A stretch of 64,000 nt of DNA from a virus (taxonomy: Duplodnaviria; Caudoviricetes): IMG/VR virus record IMGVR_UViG_3300043427_002668, one strand, 5' to 3'. The notes below the pieces were generated by a model, which made no database searches, was not told the DNA's origin, and saw only the letters and a list, made by a program, of their open reading frames with translations. The stretch's first letter is position 1. Each line of letters starts with the position of its first letter. Shown here in pieces: positions 47,953-57,795 of the stretch. Made by a program: the position numbers and the translations under genes.

Positions 47953-50415
47953 ATGAAAAAAGTCATTGATAGTTTTATGTTCTTCAACGAGTTTGATGTT
48001 CTCAAACTTCGTTTGTCTTATTTGAATGATATTGTAGATCACTTTATCATTGTAGAAAGTAATTACACACATTCGGGAAAACCAAAACCTTATTACCTAG
48101 ATGAAATTTGGAATGAAATTCCGAAAGAAATTCAAAGGAAAATCATTAGATTAAAGTATGAACCTGATATCTCAAAATTTAAACTTCCTGAAGTTGTGAT
48201 TGAAGGAGAGGTTAAGAACTATGATAATGACTATTGGAAGTTAGAAAGAGAACAAAGAGATTTGATTACTCAACATCTTTCTCATTTTTCTTTAGATGAC
48301 TTTTTTATGGTGAGTGATGTTGATGAAATTCCAAGAAAGGAAATCATTACATCATTACTTAATAATAACTTTGTTGAAAATGTAGCATCTTGTGAGATGT
48401 TCTACTATAACTTTAAGTCTTATTGTCCGAATTACTGGCCTGGTACAGTATTTTCTACCGTTTCAAATGCAATCAAAAAAGGTTGTGATTATTTTAGAAG
48501 CAATCGGTTCTCACTAACTCCTATTCCAAATGCAGGATGGCATTTTACATACTTTGGTGGAGTTGAAAGAATTAAACATAAGTTAGAGTGTTACGCACAT
48601 CAGGAATACAACCGCGATGAATATAAGAACGAACAGAATATCGAAGATCTTATCAAAAGTAAGAAACATTTTTTAAGAAGAGGTGAAGAGTTTGGTGATG
48701 ACTTTATTGATTATTCATTTACTAAGTATCCAGAAGATCTTCGTAAATTAATTATCAACATTTTTCCTCAAGAAACTTATACCGACCATCCTATCAATGT
48801 TTCATTTTCAATCATTCCCTCAAGGTTTAATAATCTTGAAATGATTATCCGATCATTCTTATCTCAAACACTAAGACCAAATAAAATTATTGTTACTATC
48901 CCAAAGCAATATCATAAGTTTTCATATCAACCAGAAGAGATAGAAAATATCTGCAAAAAATATTCAGGACTAGTTGATTTACTTTATGTTGATATGGATT
49001 ATGGGCCAGCAACTAAAATTTATGGAGCATTGAAATCACTAGAGATGTATCCAAACTCAAATGTGATTGTATGTGATGATGATGTTGTCTATGATGAAAG
49101 ATTAATCGAATGTTATCTGAAATCTTTTGAAGTTGATGGTGAGTGTGCATGGTCTACTGGAACTGAAACTTTAAAAGGAAATTATCTTCACTTTCTGAGT
49201 AATTCTGTTCCCAAACTTCAAGGTGTTGGTTCTTTCTTCTTTAATCGTAAGATATTAGAAAAATTAAATTCATCTAATTTTGAAGAACATTATATTAACT
49301 TTCTTTCTAAGAATACTAATATTAAATCTTTAGATGATGTATTCTTACATGATGATTATTTTATTTCTATTCTACTTTATGAACTTCAAGTTCCCGTCAA
49401 GTTTTTCTACTTGAGAGATCCTGTTTATGATGGAATAGGAGGAGAGAATCAAATCCACGAATCTATTAAATGTCACTCTGATGAAATTCAACTCATTCAA
49501 AAAATTTATCATAACTATGAAAACTCATATCCAATTATTCAATGCATTTTTACTAAAGTAAATGGAGAAAAGATCGGAGAATATTTGGTAAAGGGGGAGT
49601 TGGATGTAAATGACTATCACAGTCGCATTATAGATATTAATAAGCAATATGGACCTTTTAAGATTGCAATTGAAATTAATTCAAAGAAACCTATGAATAC
49701 TCTATTAGATAAGAAGACCAGTGACTTGCAAGAGTTTTATGACTGGCAAATTAAATATGATAAGATGTATGATGATCATGTTGATTATCTTTTTAGATTG
49801 AAGTATTGGAATAACTTTCATCCAAAGGTCATTTATGATATTGGTTCCAACTATCTTTCTTGGTATAAGTTAGCATCAAATGTTTGGAGAGATGCAAAGA
49901 TTTATTGTGTCGATGCTTGCTCTGAGTTTGCAAATACTTATCCAAGATATAATGTTGACTATGCGATTGAACTTCTAAGTGATAGAAAAGAACAGATTGA
50001 ATTTTGGGAAAATCCAATGTGCCCTGGACTTTGTACGATGTATCCTGTGAATGAAAATTATGATGATGCAAGAGTTTTTCATAACGAACATCTAAGAAAA
50101 ACAATTCGTCAAACAAAAACTCTTGATGAACTTGTAAATGAGAAAGGATGGATGAAACCAGATCTGATTAAGATTGACGTTCAAGGTGCAGAAGTGAATA
50201 TTCTCAAAGGTTCTTCTTCAGTTCTTGAGAATTGTAATCACTTGATTCTTGAGGTTCAAAATAAAGAGTTTAGCACTGGAGCACCAATGTTGGAAGATGT
50301 AAAACAATTTATGAATTCAATTGGATTTGCACTCTTCCATCATATTGGATATAATGGCGGACACAACTGTGATGGTGATTATCACTTCGTTCGTCAAAAT
50401 ATATTACCTAAATAA
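47953..50415 (+). CDS. GT17-like plus GT-A glycosyltransferase plus FkbM methyltransferase fusion
   Basis: FMFFNEFDVLKLRL, VSDVDEIP, GWHFTYFGG (GT17); DYGPATK, VCDDDVVY; YDIGS, LIKIDVQGAE. Confidence 0.85.
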   Translation: MKKVIDSFMFFNEFDVLKLRLSYLNDIVDHFIIVESNYTHSGKPKPYYLDEIWNEIPKEIQRKIIRLKYEPDISKFKLPEVVIEGEVKNYDNDYWKLEREQRDLITQHLSHFSLDDFFMVSDVDEIPRKEIITSLLNNNFVENVASCEMFYYNFKSYCPNYWPGTVFSTVSNAIKKGCDYFRSNRFSLTPIPNAGWHFTYFGGVERIKHKLECYAHQEYNRDEYKNEQNIEDLIKSKKHFLRRGEEFGDDFIDYSFTKYPEDLRKLIINIFPQETYTDHPINVSFSIIPSRFNNLEMIIRSFLSQTLRPNKIIVTIPKQYHKFSYQPEEIENICKKYSGLVDLLYVDMDYGPATKIYGALKSLEMYPNSNVIVCDDDVVYDERLIECYLKSFEVDGECAWSTGTETLKGNYLHFLSNSVPKLQGVGSFFFNRKILEKLNSSNFEEHYINFLSKNTNIKSLDDVFLHDDYFISILLYELQVPVKFFYLRDPVYDGIGGENQIHESIKCHSDEIQLIQKIYHNYENSYPIIQCIFTKVNGEKIGEYLVKGELDVNDYHSRIIDINKQYGPFKIAIEINSKKPMNTLLDKKTSDLQEFYDWQIKYDKMYDDHVDYLFRLKYWNNFHPKVIYDIGSNYLSWYKLASNVWRDAKIYCVDACSEFANTYPRYNVDYAIELLSDRKEQIEFWENPMCPGLCTMYPVNENYDDARVFHNEHLRKTIRQTKTLDELVNEKGWMKPDLIKIDVQGAEVNILKGSSSVLENCNHLILEVQNKEFSTGAPMLEDVKQFMNSIGFALFHHIGYNGGHNCDGDYHFVRQNILPK

Positions 50416-50449
50416 AAAGAAATGAACTGAATTGTTTAAAGAGGATTCT

Positions 50450-51310
50450 ATGTCTGAAGCTTATAAGGATATTGCACTTGCTAAAGCAGATGATGTTTTA
50501 GATGATAGCAATGAATTTATGTTTAAGGTTTATAATGAATGCATGAAGTGGGAGGAGAGTGAGAAAGAACTTGCTGGTAGTCGTTCCAATTTTCAGATTG
50601 AAAAATTCATTATTCACGACAACTTTACTCTTCCTTCGGCATTTAAAGCAGCAATTATCAACCGTAAGAGTGTTGCAGAAGGACTTCTTCAAGGCATTCA
50701 AGAAGCAAAAAGAATTGCTAGAGAATTTCATTTTAAGTGGGATGGAAAAGATAAATCTCAACCAATTTGGTGGAAGAATGGTAGAGGTGGAGAAGACCTT
50801 TGTTGGTATGATATTGATGAGTTCAATTTCCATCGTCTCATTCACGGACTTAATCAAGGTTTCCAAGCAGCAGTTGATGAACTTGAGTTCTTTGATAAGT
50901 TGATTTCAAGACTAATTGAATTAAATGGTGGAAAACTAGTAAGTAAAGAACAATATGATGAAGATCAACCAAACTATTGGGAAAGAAGACTTGCGAATCA
51001 GTCTCTGGATGATTTACTTGCTGCAAAGACTGGTGTAAATGCTGGTAATATTCGTTCTATGAGAAGAGCAAGTGCTCCTACCGTTCTTCCTGATGATGTC
51101 AATAGAACGAAGGGAACATTTGGGGATCCTACGAATCCTATGTCATTCCTGAATGCACTTCAAGATCATGTTGCAAAAGGTATTGAAGAAATTAGTGGAA
51201 TGTATAATGTTCTTGAAGGAAAACAGCAAGAAGAACAGAAGATTTTAGATCCAGCAACAGGAACTGAGGGAGTTTCATTATTCAACGAACAACTCAAACA
51301 GGAAGCATAA
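50450..51310 (+). CDS. Helical hypothetical protein
   Basis: GAGGA RBS; 286 aa; SRSNFQIEKFI, YWERRLANQ. Confidence 0.8.
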   Translation: MSEAYKDIALAKADDVLDDSNEFMFKVYNECMKWEESEKELAGSRSNFQIEKFIIHDNFTLPSAFKAAIINRKSVAEGLLQGIQEAKRIAREFHFKWDGKDKSQPIWWKNGRGGEDLCWYDIDEFNFHRLIHGLNQGFQAAVDELEFFDKLISRLIELNGGKLVSKEQYDEDQPNYWERRLANQSLDDLLAAKTGVNAGNIRSMRRASAPTVLPDDVNRTKGTFGDPTNPMSFLNALQDHVAKGIEEISGMYNVLEGKQQEEQKILDPATGTEGVSLFNEQLKQEA

Positions 51311-51316
51311 AAACAA

Positions 51317-54124
51317 ATGCCTGGAGACATATTCGGTCTAGATCGTGTTTACGACAAACAAGTTGAAAACATAGCATCAGGAATAGAAGTTACTTCTGTT
51401 TATGCTTCTCTTTATGGTTACTTTGGTGGGGGTGCTATTCCTGGTACTCCGAATATTAATGTATGTACCATAGATCGTTTAGATTTCTCTACAGAAACCG
51501 TAACAACCCCAACACCTAAGTTATCCCGGGCAAGAAATAGTTTTGGAACAGTTTCAAATAGTTCTTATGGTTATTTTGGGGGTGGTGGACTTGATGATGT
51601 TCCTCCATTAACTTTATTTTCTACTATTGATCGTTTAGATTTCTCTACAGAGACCGTACAAATACCAGTTATATCTGCCAAATTATCTGCAGAAAAAATT
51701 GCTTTGATAGCATCTTCGAATAGTTCTTATGGTTACTTTGGTGGTGGTTTTAATAGCACTTATCTTTCCACTATAGACCGTTTAGATTTCTCTACGGAAA
51801 CAGTAACAACACCAACACCTAAGTTATCTCAAGCAAGAAGTCGTTTAGCATCAGTTTCAGATAATTCTTATTCATACTTTATTGGTGGTTGGGATGGAAC
51901 TAATAATTTTTCTACTATAGATCGTTTGGATTTTTACACGGAAACAAGATCAGTACCATCATCTAAATTATCTACAGGAAGAAATAGTATAGATGGAACT
52001 TCAAGTAGGTCTTATGGTTATATTGCAGGAGGTCTTACTGCCCCCACTACTCGTGTTTCTACCATTGATCGTTTAGAGTTCTCTACAGAAACAATATCAG
52101 TACCAACACCTAAGTTATCTGGAGCAAGAAATGCCTTAGCAGCAACCTCAAGTAGTTCTTATGGTTACTTTGGTGGTGGTCTTACTTCCCCTACTACTTT
52201 TATTTCAACCATTGATCGTTTGGATTTTTATACAGAAACAGTAACAACTCCAACACCTAAGTTATCTACGGTAAGAACTGCTTCATCAGCAGTTCAAATC
52301 AACCGACAAAGAAAAATAAAAAATTCTCCAATATACACCAACTGGCCTGAAAGTGCTAATACTGGTTACTTTGGTGGTGGTTCTGCTCCCTCTGTTATTT
52401 CTACTTTTAATCGTTTAGATTTCTCCACAGAAACAGTATCAACACCAACACCTAAGTTATCTCAAGCAAAAACAACTTTATCTGCAACTTCTAGCAGTTC
52501 TTATGGTTATTTTGGTGGTGGTTATATTTCAGCTCCAACTCAAGTTACAACTATTGATCGTTTAGATTTCTCCACAGAAACCGTATCAGTACCAACACCA
52601 AAGTTATCTTCAGCAAGATATTTCTTAGCAGCAGCATCAAGCAGTTCTTATGGTTACTTTGCTGGTGGAACTCCGTCTACTATTTCTACCATAAACCGTT
52701 TAGATTTCTCTACAGAAACAGTATCAACACCAACACCTAAGTTATCTCAAGCAAGATTTGGTTTAGCAGCAGTATCAAGCAGTTCTTATGGTTACTTTGG
52801 TGGTGGATATTTACCTCCTGCTACTTTGGTTTGTACTATAGATCGTCTAGATTTCTCCACAGAAACAGTATCAGTACCAACACCTAATTTATCTCAAGCA
52901 AGAAGATATATTGGTGCAATTTCTAATAGTTCTTATGGTTATTTTGCTAGTGGAAATAATCCCAATACTACATCTATCATAGATCGTTTAGATTTCTCTA
53001 CAGAAACAGTATCAGTACCAACACCTAAGTTATCTCAAGCAAAAACTAATTTAGCAGCAGTCTCAAGTAGTTCTTATGGTTACTTTGGTGGTGGTGCTAT
53101 TACTGGTCCTAGTATTCTTTCTACCATAGACCGTCTAGATTTCTCTACAGAAACCGTATCAACACCAACACCTCAATTATCTCAAGCAAATCAAGGTTTA
53201 GCAGCAGTATCCGGAGGAACCGGAACTCAAAGAGTTGGTACTGCGACTTATGGTTATTGGGGTGGAGGAGGTCCCACAACAGTATCCACAATAGATCGTT
53301 TAGATTTCTCCACAGAAACCGTATCAGTACCAACACCTAAGTTATCTCAAGCAAGAGATGGTTTAGCAGCAACCTCAAGCAGTTCTTATGGTTACTTTGG
53401 TGGTGGTACTTCTGCTTCTGTTAATTTATGTGCCATAGATCGTTTAGATTTCTCTACAGAAACAGTAACAACACCAACACCTAAATTATCTCAAGCAAGA
53501 ACTAGTTTAACAGCAACCTCAAGTAGTTCTTATGGATATTTTGGTGGTGGGTTTACTACTATTAGTGTTTGTACTATAGATCGTTTAGATTTTTCTACAG
53601 AAACGGTTTCAGCACCAGGAATCTATCAGTTATCGACAGCAAAAAATCAATTAGAAGCAGTCTCAAGTAATTCTTATGGTTATTTTGGTGGTGGTTACAT
53701 TCCTACTCCCTCTACTCGTTATTCCACTATAGACCGGTTAGATTTCACTACAGAAACCATAACAGTTCCAACATCTAAGTTATCTTCAGTAAGAAGAGGG
53801 TTAACAGCAACCTCAAGTAGTTCTTATGGATACTTTGGTGGTGGTAGTACTATTCCTAATCCTACTGTCGTTTCCACCATAGATCGTTTAGATTTCTCTA
53901 CAGAAACAGTATCAACACCAACACCTAAGTTATCTCTAGCAAAGGAGAGACTAACAGCAACATCAAGTAGTTCTTATGGTTACTTTGGTGGTGGTCTTAC
54001 TCCTCCTGCTACTCGTTATTCCACCATAGATCGTTTAGATTTCTCTACAGAAACAGTATCAGTACCATTACAAAAACTCACACAAGAAAAACAATCTTTA
54101 GCAGCAGTCTCAAACGCAAACTAA
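51317..54124 (+). CDS. Kelch-like repeat protein B (18 repeats)
   Basis: Same repeat, same linkers (NWPESAN, TQRVGTAT) and AVSNAN end as protein A. Confidence 0.85.
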   Translation: MPGDIFGLDRVYDKQVENIASGIEVTSVYASLYGYFGGGAIPGTPNINVCTIDRLDFSTETVTTPTPKLSRARNSFGTVSNSSYGYFGGGGLDDVPPLTLFSTIDRLDFSTETVQIPVISAKLSAEKIALIASSNSSYGYFGGGFNSTYLSTIDRLDFSTETVTTPTPKLSQARSRLASVSDNSYSYFIGGWDGTNNFSTIDRLDFYTETRSVPSSKLSTGRNSIDGTSSRSYGYIAGGLTAPTTRVSTIDRLEFSTETISVPTPKLSGARNALAATSSSSYGYFGGGLTSPTTFISTIDRLDFYTETVTTPTPKLSTVRTASSAVQINRQRKIKNSPIYTNWPESANTGYFGGGSAPSVISTFNRLDFSTETVSTPTPKLSQAKTTLSATSSSSYGYFGGGYISAPTQVTTIDRLDFSTETVSVPTPKLSSARYFLAAASSSSYGYFAGGTPSTISTINRLDFSTETVSTPTPKLSQARFGLAAVSSSSYGYFGGGYLPPATLVCTIDRLDFSTETVSVPTPNLSQARRYIGAISNSSYGYFASGNNPNTTSIIDRLDFSTETVSVPTPKLSQAKTNLAAVSSSSYGYFGGGAITGPSILSTIDRLDFSTETVSTPTPQLSQANQGLAAVSGGTGTQRVGTATYGYWGGGGPTTVSTIDRLDFSTETVSVPTPKLSQARDGLAATSSSSYGYFGGGTSASVNLCAIDRLDFSTETVTTPTPKLSQARTSLTATSSSSYGYFGGGFTTISVCTIDRLDFSTETVSAPGIYQLSTAKNQLEAVSSNSYGYFGGGYIPTPSTRYSTIDRLDFTTETITVPTSKLSSVRRGLTATSSSSYGYFGGGSTIPNPTVVSTIDRLDFSTETVSTPTPKLSLAKERLTATSSSSYGYFGGGLTPPATRYSTIDRLDFSTETVSVPLQKLTQEKQSLAAVSNAN

Positions 54125-54144
54125 ATACATCAAAACTCTATATT

Positions 54145-54972
54145 ATGAAAACCTTTCACTTTATGTCAGGTCTTCCAAGATCTGGTTCGACACTTCTGAC
54201 TGCACTTCTGAATCAAAATCCACAGATCCACGCATCTACAAACTCTCCTCTTTTAGATACGATACATTATACTGAGGAGTATTTGTTATATAACTCAGAG
54301 CAATATAAGGCACACCCAAAACCAGAAGCAGCACATAAGGTTTTATCATCAATACCTCATAACTATTACTTTGATACACCAGAACCGATTATTATTGATA
54401 AATCAAGAGGTTGGGTGAATCAGATTCAACACATTCAAGATTATATTACTCCAGAACCAAAGATCATCTGCCCTGTAAGAAACATTCGGGACATTATGAG
54501 TTCTTTTCTTGCACTGATCGAACGCAGTAAGACTTTATCTTTTATTGATAACGCACTGATAGAAAGAAACTTAGAACTCACGAATGATAATCGATGTGAT
54601 TTTCTAATGTCTCCTCAAGGTATTATCGGTCAATCTTATCACGCACTTTCAGAAGCATTTCGTAAAGGTCATCAGAAATATTTGTTGTTTGTTGAGTATG
54701 AAAACTTAGTCAGTAATCCACAAAAAGAACTCAATCGTATTCATTCGTTTCTGGGAATACCTGAGTATTCTTATGATTTCTCAAATGTTCGACCAAAGTT
54801 TGACGAAAATGATGTCGTTTATGGTCTTGAGAATATGCATACTGTGAGAAATAAGGTACAAAAGATACATCGTGATAACTCAAAGTATCTTAGTAAGTAT
54901 ATAACAGATAAATATAAAGAAATGGAGTTCTGGCATAAAACAACTCCGAAGTATTCTATATTTGGAATCTAA
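54145..54972 (+). CDS. Sulfotransferase (P-loop, PAPS-binding)
   Basis: SGLPRSGSTLL 5'-PSB motif, IIDKSR, PVRNIRDIMSS 3'-PB motif, VEYENLV. Confidence 0.88.
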   Translation: MKTFHFMSGLPRSGSTLLTALLNQNPQIHASTNSPLLDTIHYTEEYLLYNSEQYKAHPKPEAAHKVLSSIPHNYYFDTPEPIIIDKSRGWVNQIQHIQDYITPEPKIICPVRNIRDIMSSFLALIERSKTLSFIDNALIERNLELTNDNRCDFLMSPQGIIGQSYHALSEAFRKGHQKYLLFVEYENLVSNPQKELNRIHSFLGIPEYSYDFSNVRPKFDENDVVYGLENMHTVRNKVQKIHRDNSKYLSKYITDKYKEMEFWHKTTPKYSIFGI

Positions 54973-57770
54973 TGGCTGGGATATTTTCACTTAGAGAAGT
55001 TAGAACAGAACAACTAACAAATGTTAATGAAGGACTAACACTAGATATTCCTGGTCTTCTTTATGGTTATTTTGGTGGGGGTGATATTGCTACTAGTGAT
55101 TTTATTTCTACTATTGATCGTTTAGACTTCTCTACAGAAACCGTAAGTACTCCAACCCCTAAGTTATCTCAAGGAAGATTTGGTTTAGCAGCAGTATCAA
55201 ATAGTTCTTATGGTTATTTTTGTGGAGGAGAACGTCAAGTTGGAACTCCCCCTACGGTATCTTACTCAACTATAGATCGCCTAGATTTTTCTACAGAAAC
55301 AGTATCAGTACCAACATCTAAGTTATCTCAATCAAAACCTGGTTTGGCAGCAGTCTCAAGTAGTTCTTATGGTTATTTTGGTGGTGGTGATATTAGTGTT
55401 ACTCCAACCACATCATTGGTTTGTACTATAGATCGTTTAGATTTTTCCGCAGAAACCGTATCAACGCCTGGATCCTATCAGTTATCTCAGGCAAGATTTA
55501 GTTTAGGGGCAGTCTCAAGTAGTTCTTATGGTTACTTTGGTGGTGGTATTAATTCTCCTGGTATTCGTGTTTGTACTATAGATCGTTTAGATTTCTCTAC
55601 AGAAACAGTATCAGTACCAACCCCAAAATTATCTCAAGCAAGAGGTACTTTAGAAGCAACATCAAGTAATTCTTATGGTTACTTTGGTGGTGGTTTTGAT
55701 GGTACTATTAGAGTTTGCACCATTGATCGTCTAGATTTTTCCACAGAAACCGTCACAACACCAACACCTAAGTTATCTCAAGCAAGATCTGGTTTAGCAG
55801 CAGTCTCAAGTAGTTCTTATGGTTACTTTGGTGGTGGTACTACTGCTCCTACTTATGTCTGTACGATAGATCGTTTAGATTTCTCGACAGAAACAGTATC
55901 AGTTCCATCACCAAAATTGTCTCAAGCAAAAGATCAATCAACAGGAGTCCAAGTCAATCGTCAGCAAATCTTCAGAGGTTCTCCTAAGTTTACTAACTGG
56001 CCTGAGAGTGCTAATGTTGGTTATTTTGGTGGTGGTGATATTCCAGCTGGACCTAATCCAGTTACTACATTTGATCGTTTAGATTTATCCACAGAAACAA
56101 TAACTACACCACAAACTAAAATATCCCCAGCAAGATATAGTTTGGATGTAACATCAAGCAGTTCTTATGGATACTTTGCCGGTGGTGCTAGTTCTCCTAG
56201 TGTTTTTTATTGCACCATAGATCGTTTAGATTTTTCATCAGAAACAATATTATATCCAACATCTAAGTTATCTAAAGCAGCAATTGTAAATGCAGTTTCA
56301 AGTGATTTTTATGGATATTATGCAGGTGGGGGACCAGAAACTGGAGCTACTTTTTCTAATATTAACCGTCTAGATTTCTCTACAGAAACCGTAACGACAC
56401 CGACATCTTATTTAAGTTCCGCAAAAAATAAGTTTGCATCAGCTTCAAATGCTTTTTATGGATACTTTGGTGGTGGTGTTTCCCCCACTACTCTTTTTTC
56501 TACCATCGACCGTTTAGATTTTTCAACAGAAATAGTATCAACACTAACCTCTAGGTTATCTCAAGTAAAAAATAGTTTAGGAGCAGTTTCAAGTAGTTCT
56601 TATGGATATTTTGGTGGTGGTTATACTCCCACTCCTGTTTCCACCATAGACCGTTTAGATTTTACTACAGAAACAGTAACTACAACATCAACTAAGTTAT
56701 CTTCAATAAGAGTTAAATCCAAAGGAGCAGTTTCAAGTAATTCTTATGGTTACTTTGGTGGAGGAAGAACACCTGGATTCACCTCCACCATAGACCGTTT
56801 AGATTTTTCTACAGAAACAGTATCAACACCAGGACCTAAATTATCTCAAGCAAGATCTGAAATAGGAGCAGTATCAGGAGCAAGAGGGACTCAAAGAGTT
56901 GGTTCTGCCACTTATGGTTATTGGGGTGGTGGTGGTACTCCTACTGATGTTTGTACTATAAACCGTTTAGATTTCTCTACCGAAACAGTATCAGTACCAG
57001 GACCTAAGTTATCTCAGGCAAGAACTGGTCTTAAAGCATTTTCAAGCACTCTTTATGGTTATTTTGGTGGAGGATTTACTCTAAGTAATATTTCTACAAT
57101 CGATCGTTTAGATTTTATTACAGAAACAGTGTCAGTACCAACACCTAAATTATCTATAGCAAGAAATAACATATCAGCAACATCAAGTAGTTCTTATGGT
57201 TATTTTGGTGGTGGTAGTACTCCTACTCTTGTTTCTACAATCGATCGTTTAGATTTTATTACAGAAACAGTGTCAGTACCAACACCTAAATTATCTAAGG
57301 TAAGAAATGGTTTAGTAGCAACTTCAAGTAGTTCTTTTGGATACTTTGCTGGTGGGGCTACTCCTATTATTGATTGTACCATAGACCGTTTAGATTTTTC
57401 TACAGAAACAGTAACACCTGTATCAAGTACATTATCTGCAGCAAAAAGAAATTTAGCGGGGACATCAAGTAATTCTTATGGTTACTTTGGTGGTGGACTA
57501 CTAGCGCCAGCAACAATAAATGCTTCCACTATTGACCGTTTAGATTTCTCTACAGAAACCGTAAGTACTCCAACACCTAAGTTATCTCAAGAAAAAAGTA
57601 GTTTAGTAGCAACATCAAGTAGTTCTTATGGTTATTTTGGTGGTGGTAGTACTCCTACTCTTGTTTCTACAATCGATCGTTTAGATTTCTTTACAGAAAC
57701 AGTATCAGTCCCATCACAAAAACTTACTCAAGCAAGAGATCAATTAGCAGCAGTCTCAAACGCAAACTAA
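54972..57770 (+). CDS. Kelch-like repeat protein C (18 repeats)
   Basis: Same architecture as A and B. Confidence 0.85.
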   Translation: MAGIFSLREVRTEQLTNVNEGLTLDIPGLLYGYFGGGDIATSDFISTIDRLDFSTETVSTPTPKLSQGRFGLAAVSNSSYGYFCGGERQVGTPPTVSYSTIDRLDFSTETVSVPTSKLSQSKPGLAAVSSSSYGYFGGGDISVTPTTSLVCTIDRLDFSAETVSTPGSYQLSQARFSLGAVSSSSYGYFGGGINSPGIRVCTIDRLDFSTETVSVPTPKLSQARGTLEATSSNSYGYFGGGFDGTIRVCTIDRLDFSTETVTTPTPKLSQARSGLAAVSSSSYGYFGGGTTAPTYVCTIDRLDFSTETVSVPSPKLSQAKDQSTGVQVNRQQIFRGSPKFTNWPESANVGYFGGGDIPAGPNPVTTFDRLDLSTETITTPQTKISPARYSLDVTSSSSYGYFAGGASSPSVFYCTIDRLDFSSETILYPTSKLSKAAIVNAVSSDFYGYYAGGGPETGATFSNINRLDFSTETVTTPTSYLSSAKNKFASASNAFYGYFGGGVSPTTLFSTIDRLDFSTEIVSTLTSRLSQVKNSLGAVSSSSYGYFGGGYTPTPVSTIDRLDFTTETVTTTSTKLSSIRVKSKGAVSSNSYGYFGGGRTPGFTSTIDRLDFSTETVSTPGPKLSQARSEIGAVSGARGTQRVGSATYGYWGGGGTPTDVCTINRLDFSTETVSVPGPKLSQARTGLKAFSSTLYGYFGGGFTLSNISTIDRLDFITETVSVPTPKLSIARNNISATSSSSYGYFGGGSTPTLVSTIDRLDFITETVSVPTPKLSKVRNGLVATSSSSFGYFAGGATPIIDCTIDRLDFSTETVTPVSSTLSAAKRNLAGTSSNSYGYFGGGLLAPATINASTIDRLDFSTETVSTPTPKLSQEKSSLVATSSSSYGYFGGGSTPTLVSTIDRLDFFTETVSVPSQKLTQARDQLAAVSNAN

Positions 57771-57795
57771 ATAAGGTAACTATATCATTATTGAT

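Noticed and set aside
43429-57770. Conserved/variable alternation resembling a CRISPR array
   Set aside because: Units are about 140 nt, degenerate and in frame within long ORFs; no leader or cas operon
43429-57770. Diversity-generating retroelement as the source of loop variation
   Set aside because: No reverse transcriptase in the window; loops differ in length and at all bases, not only adenines; no template/variable repeat pair seen
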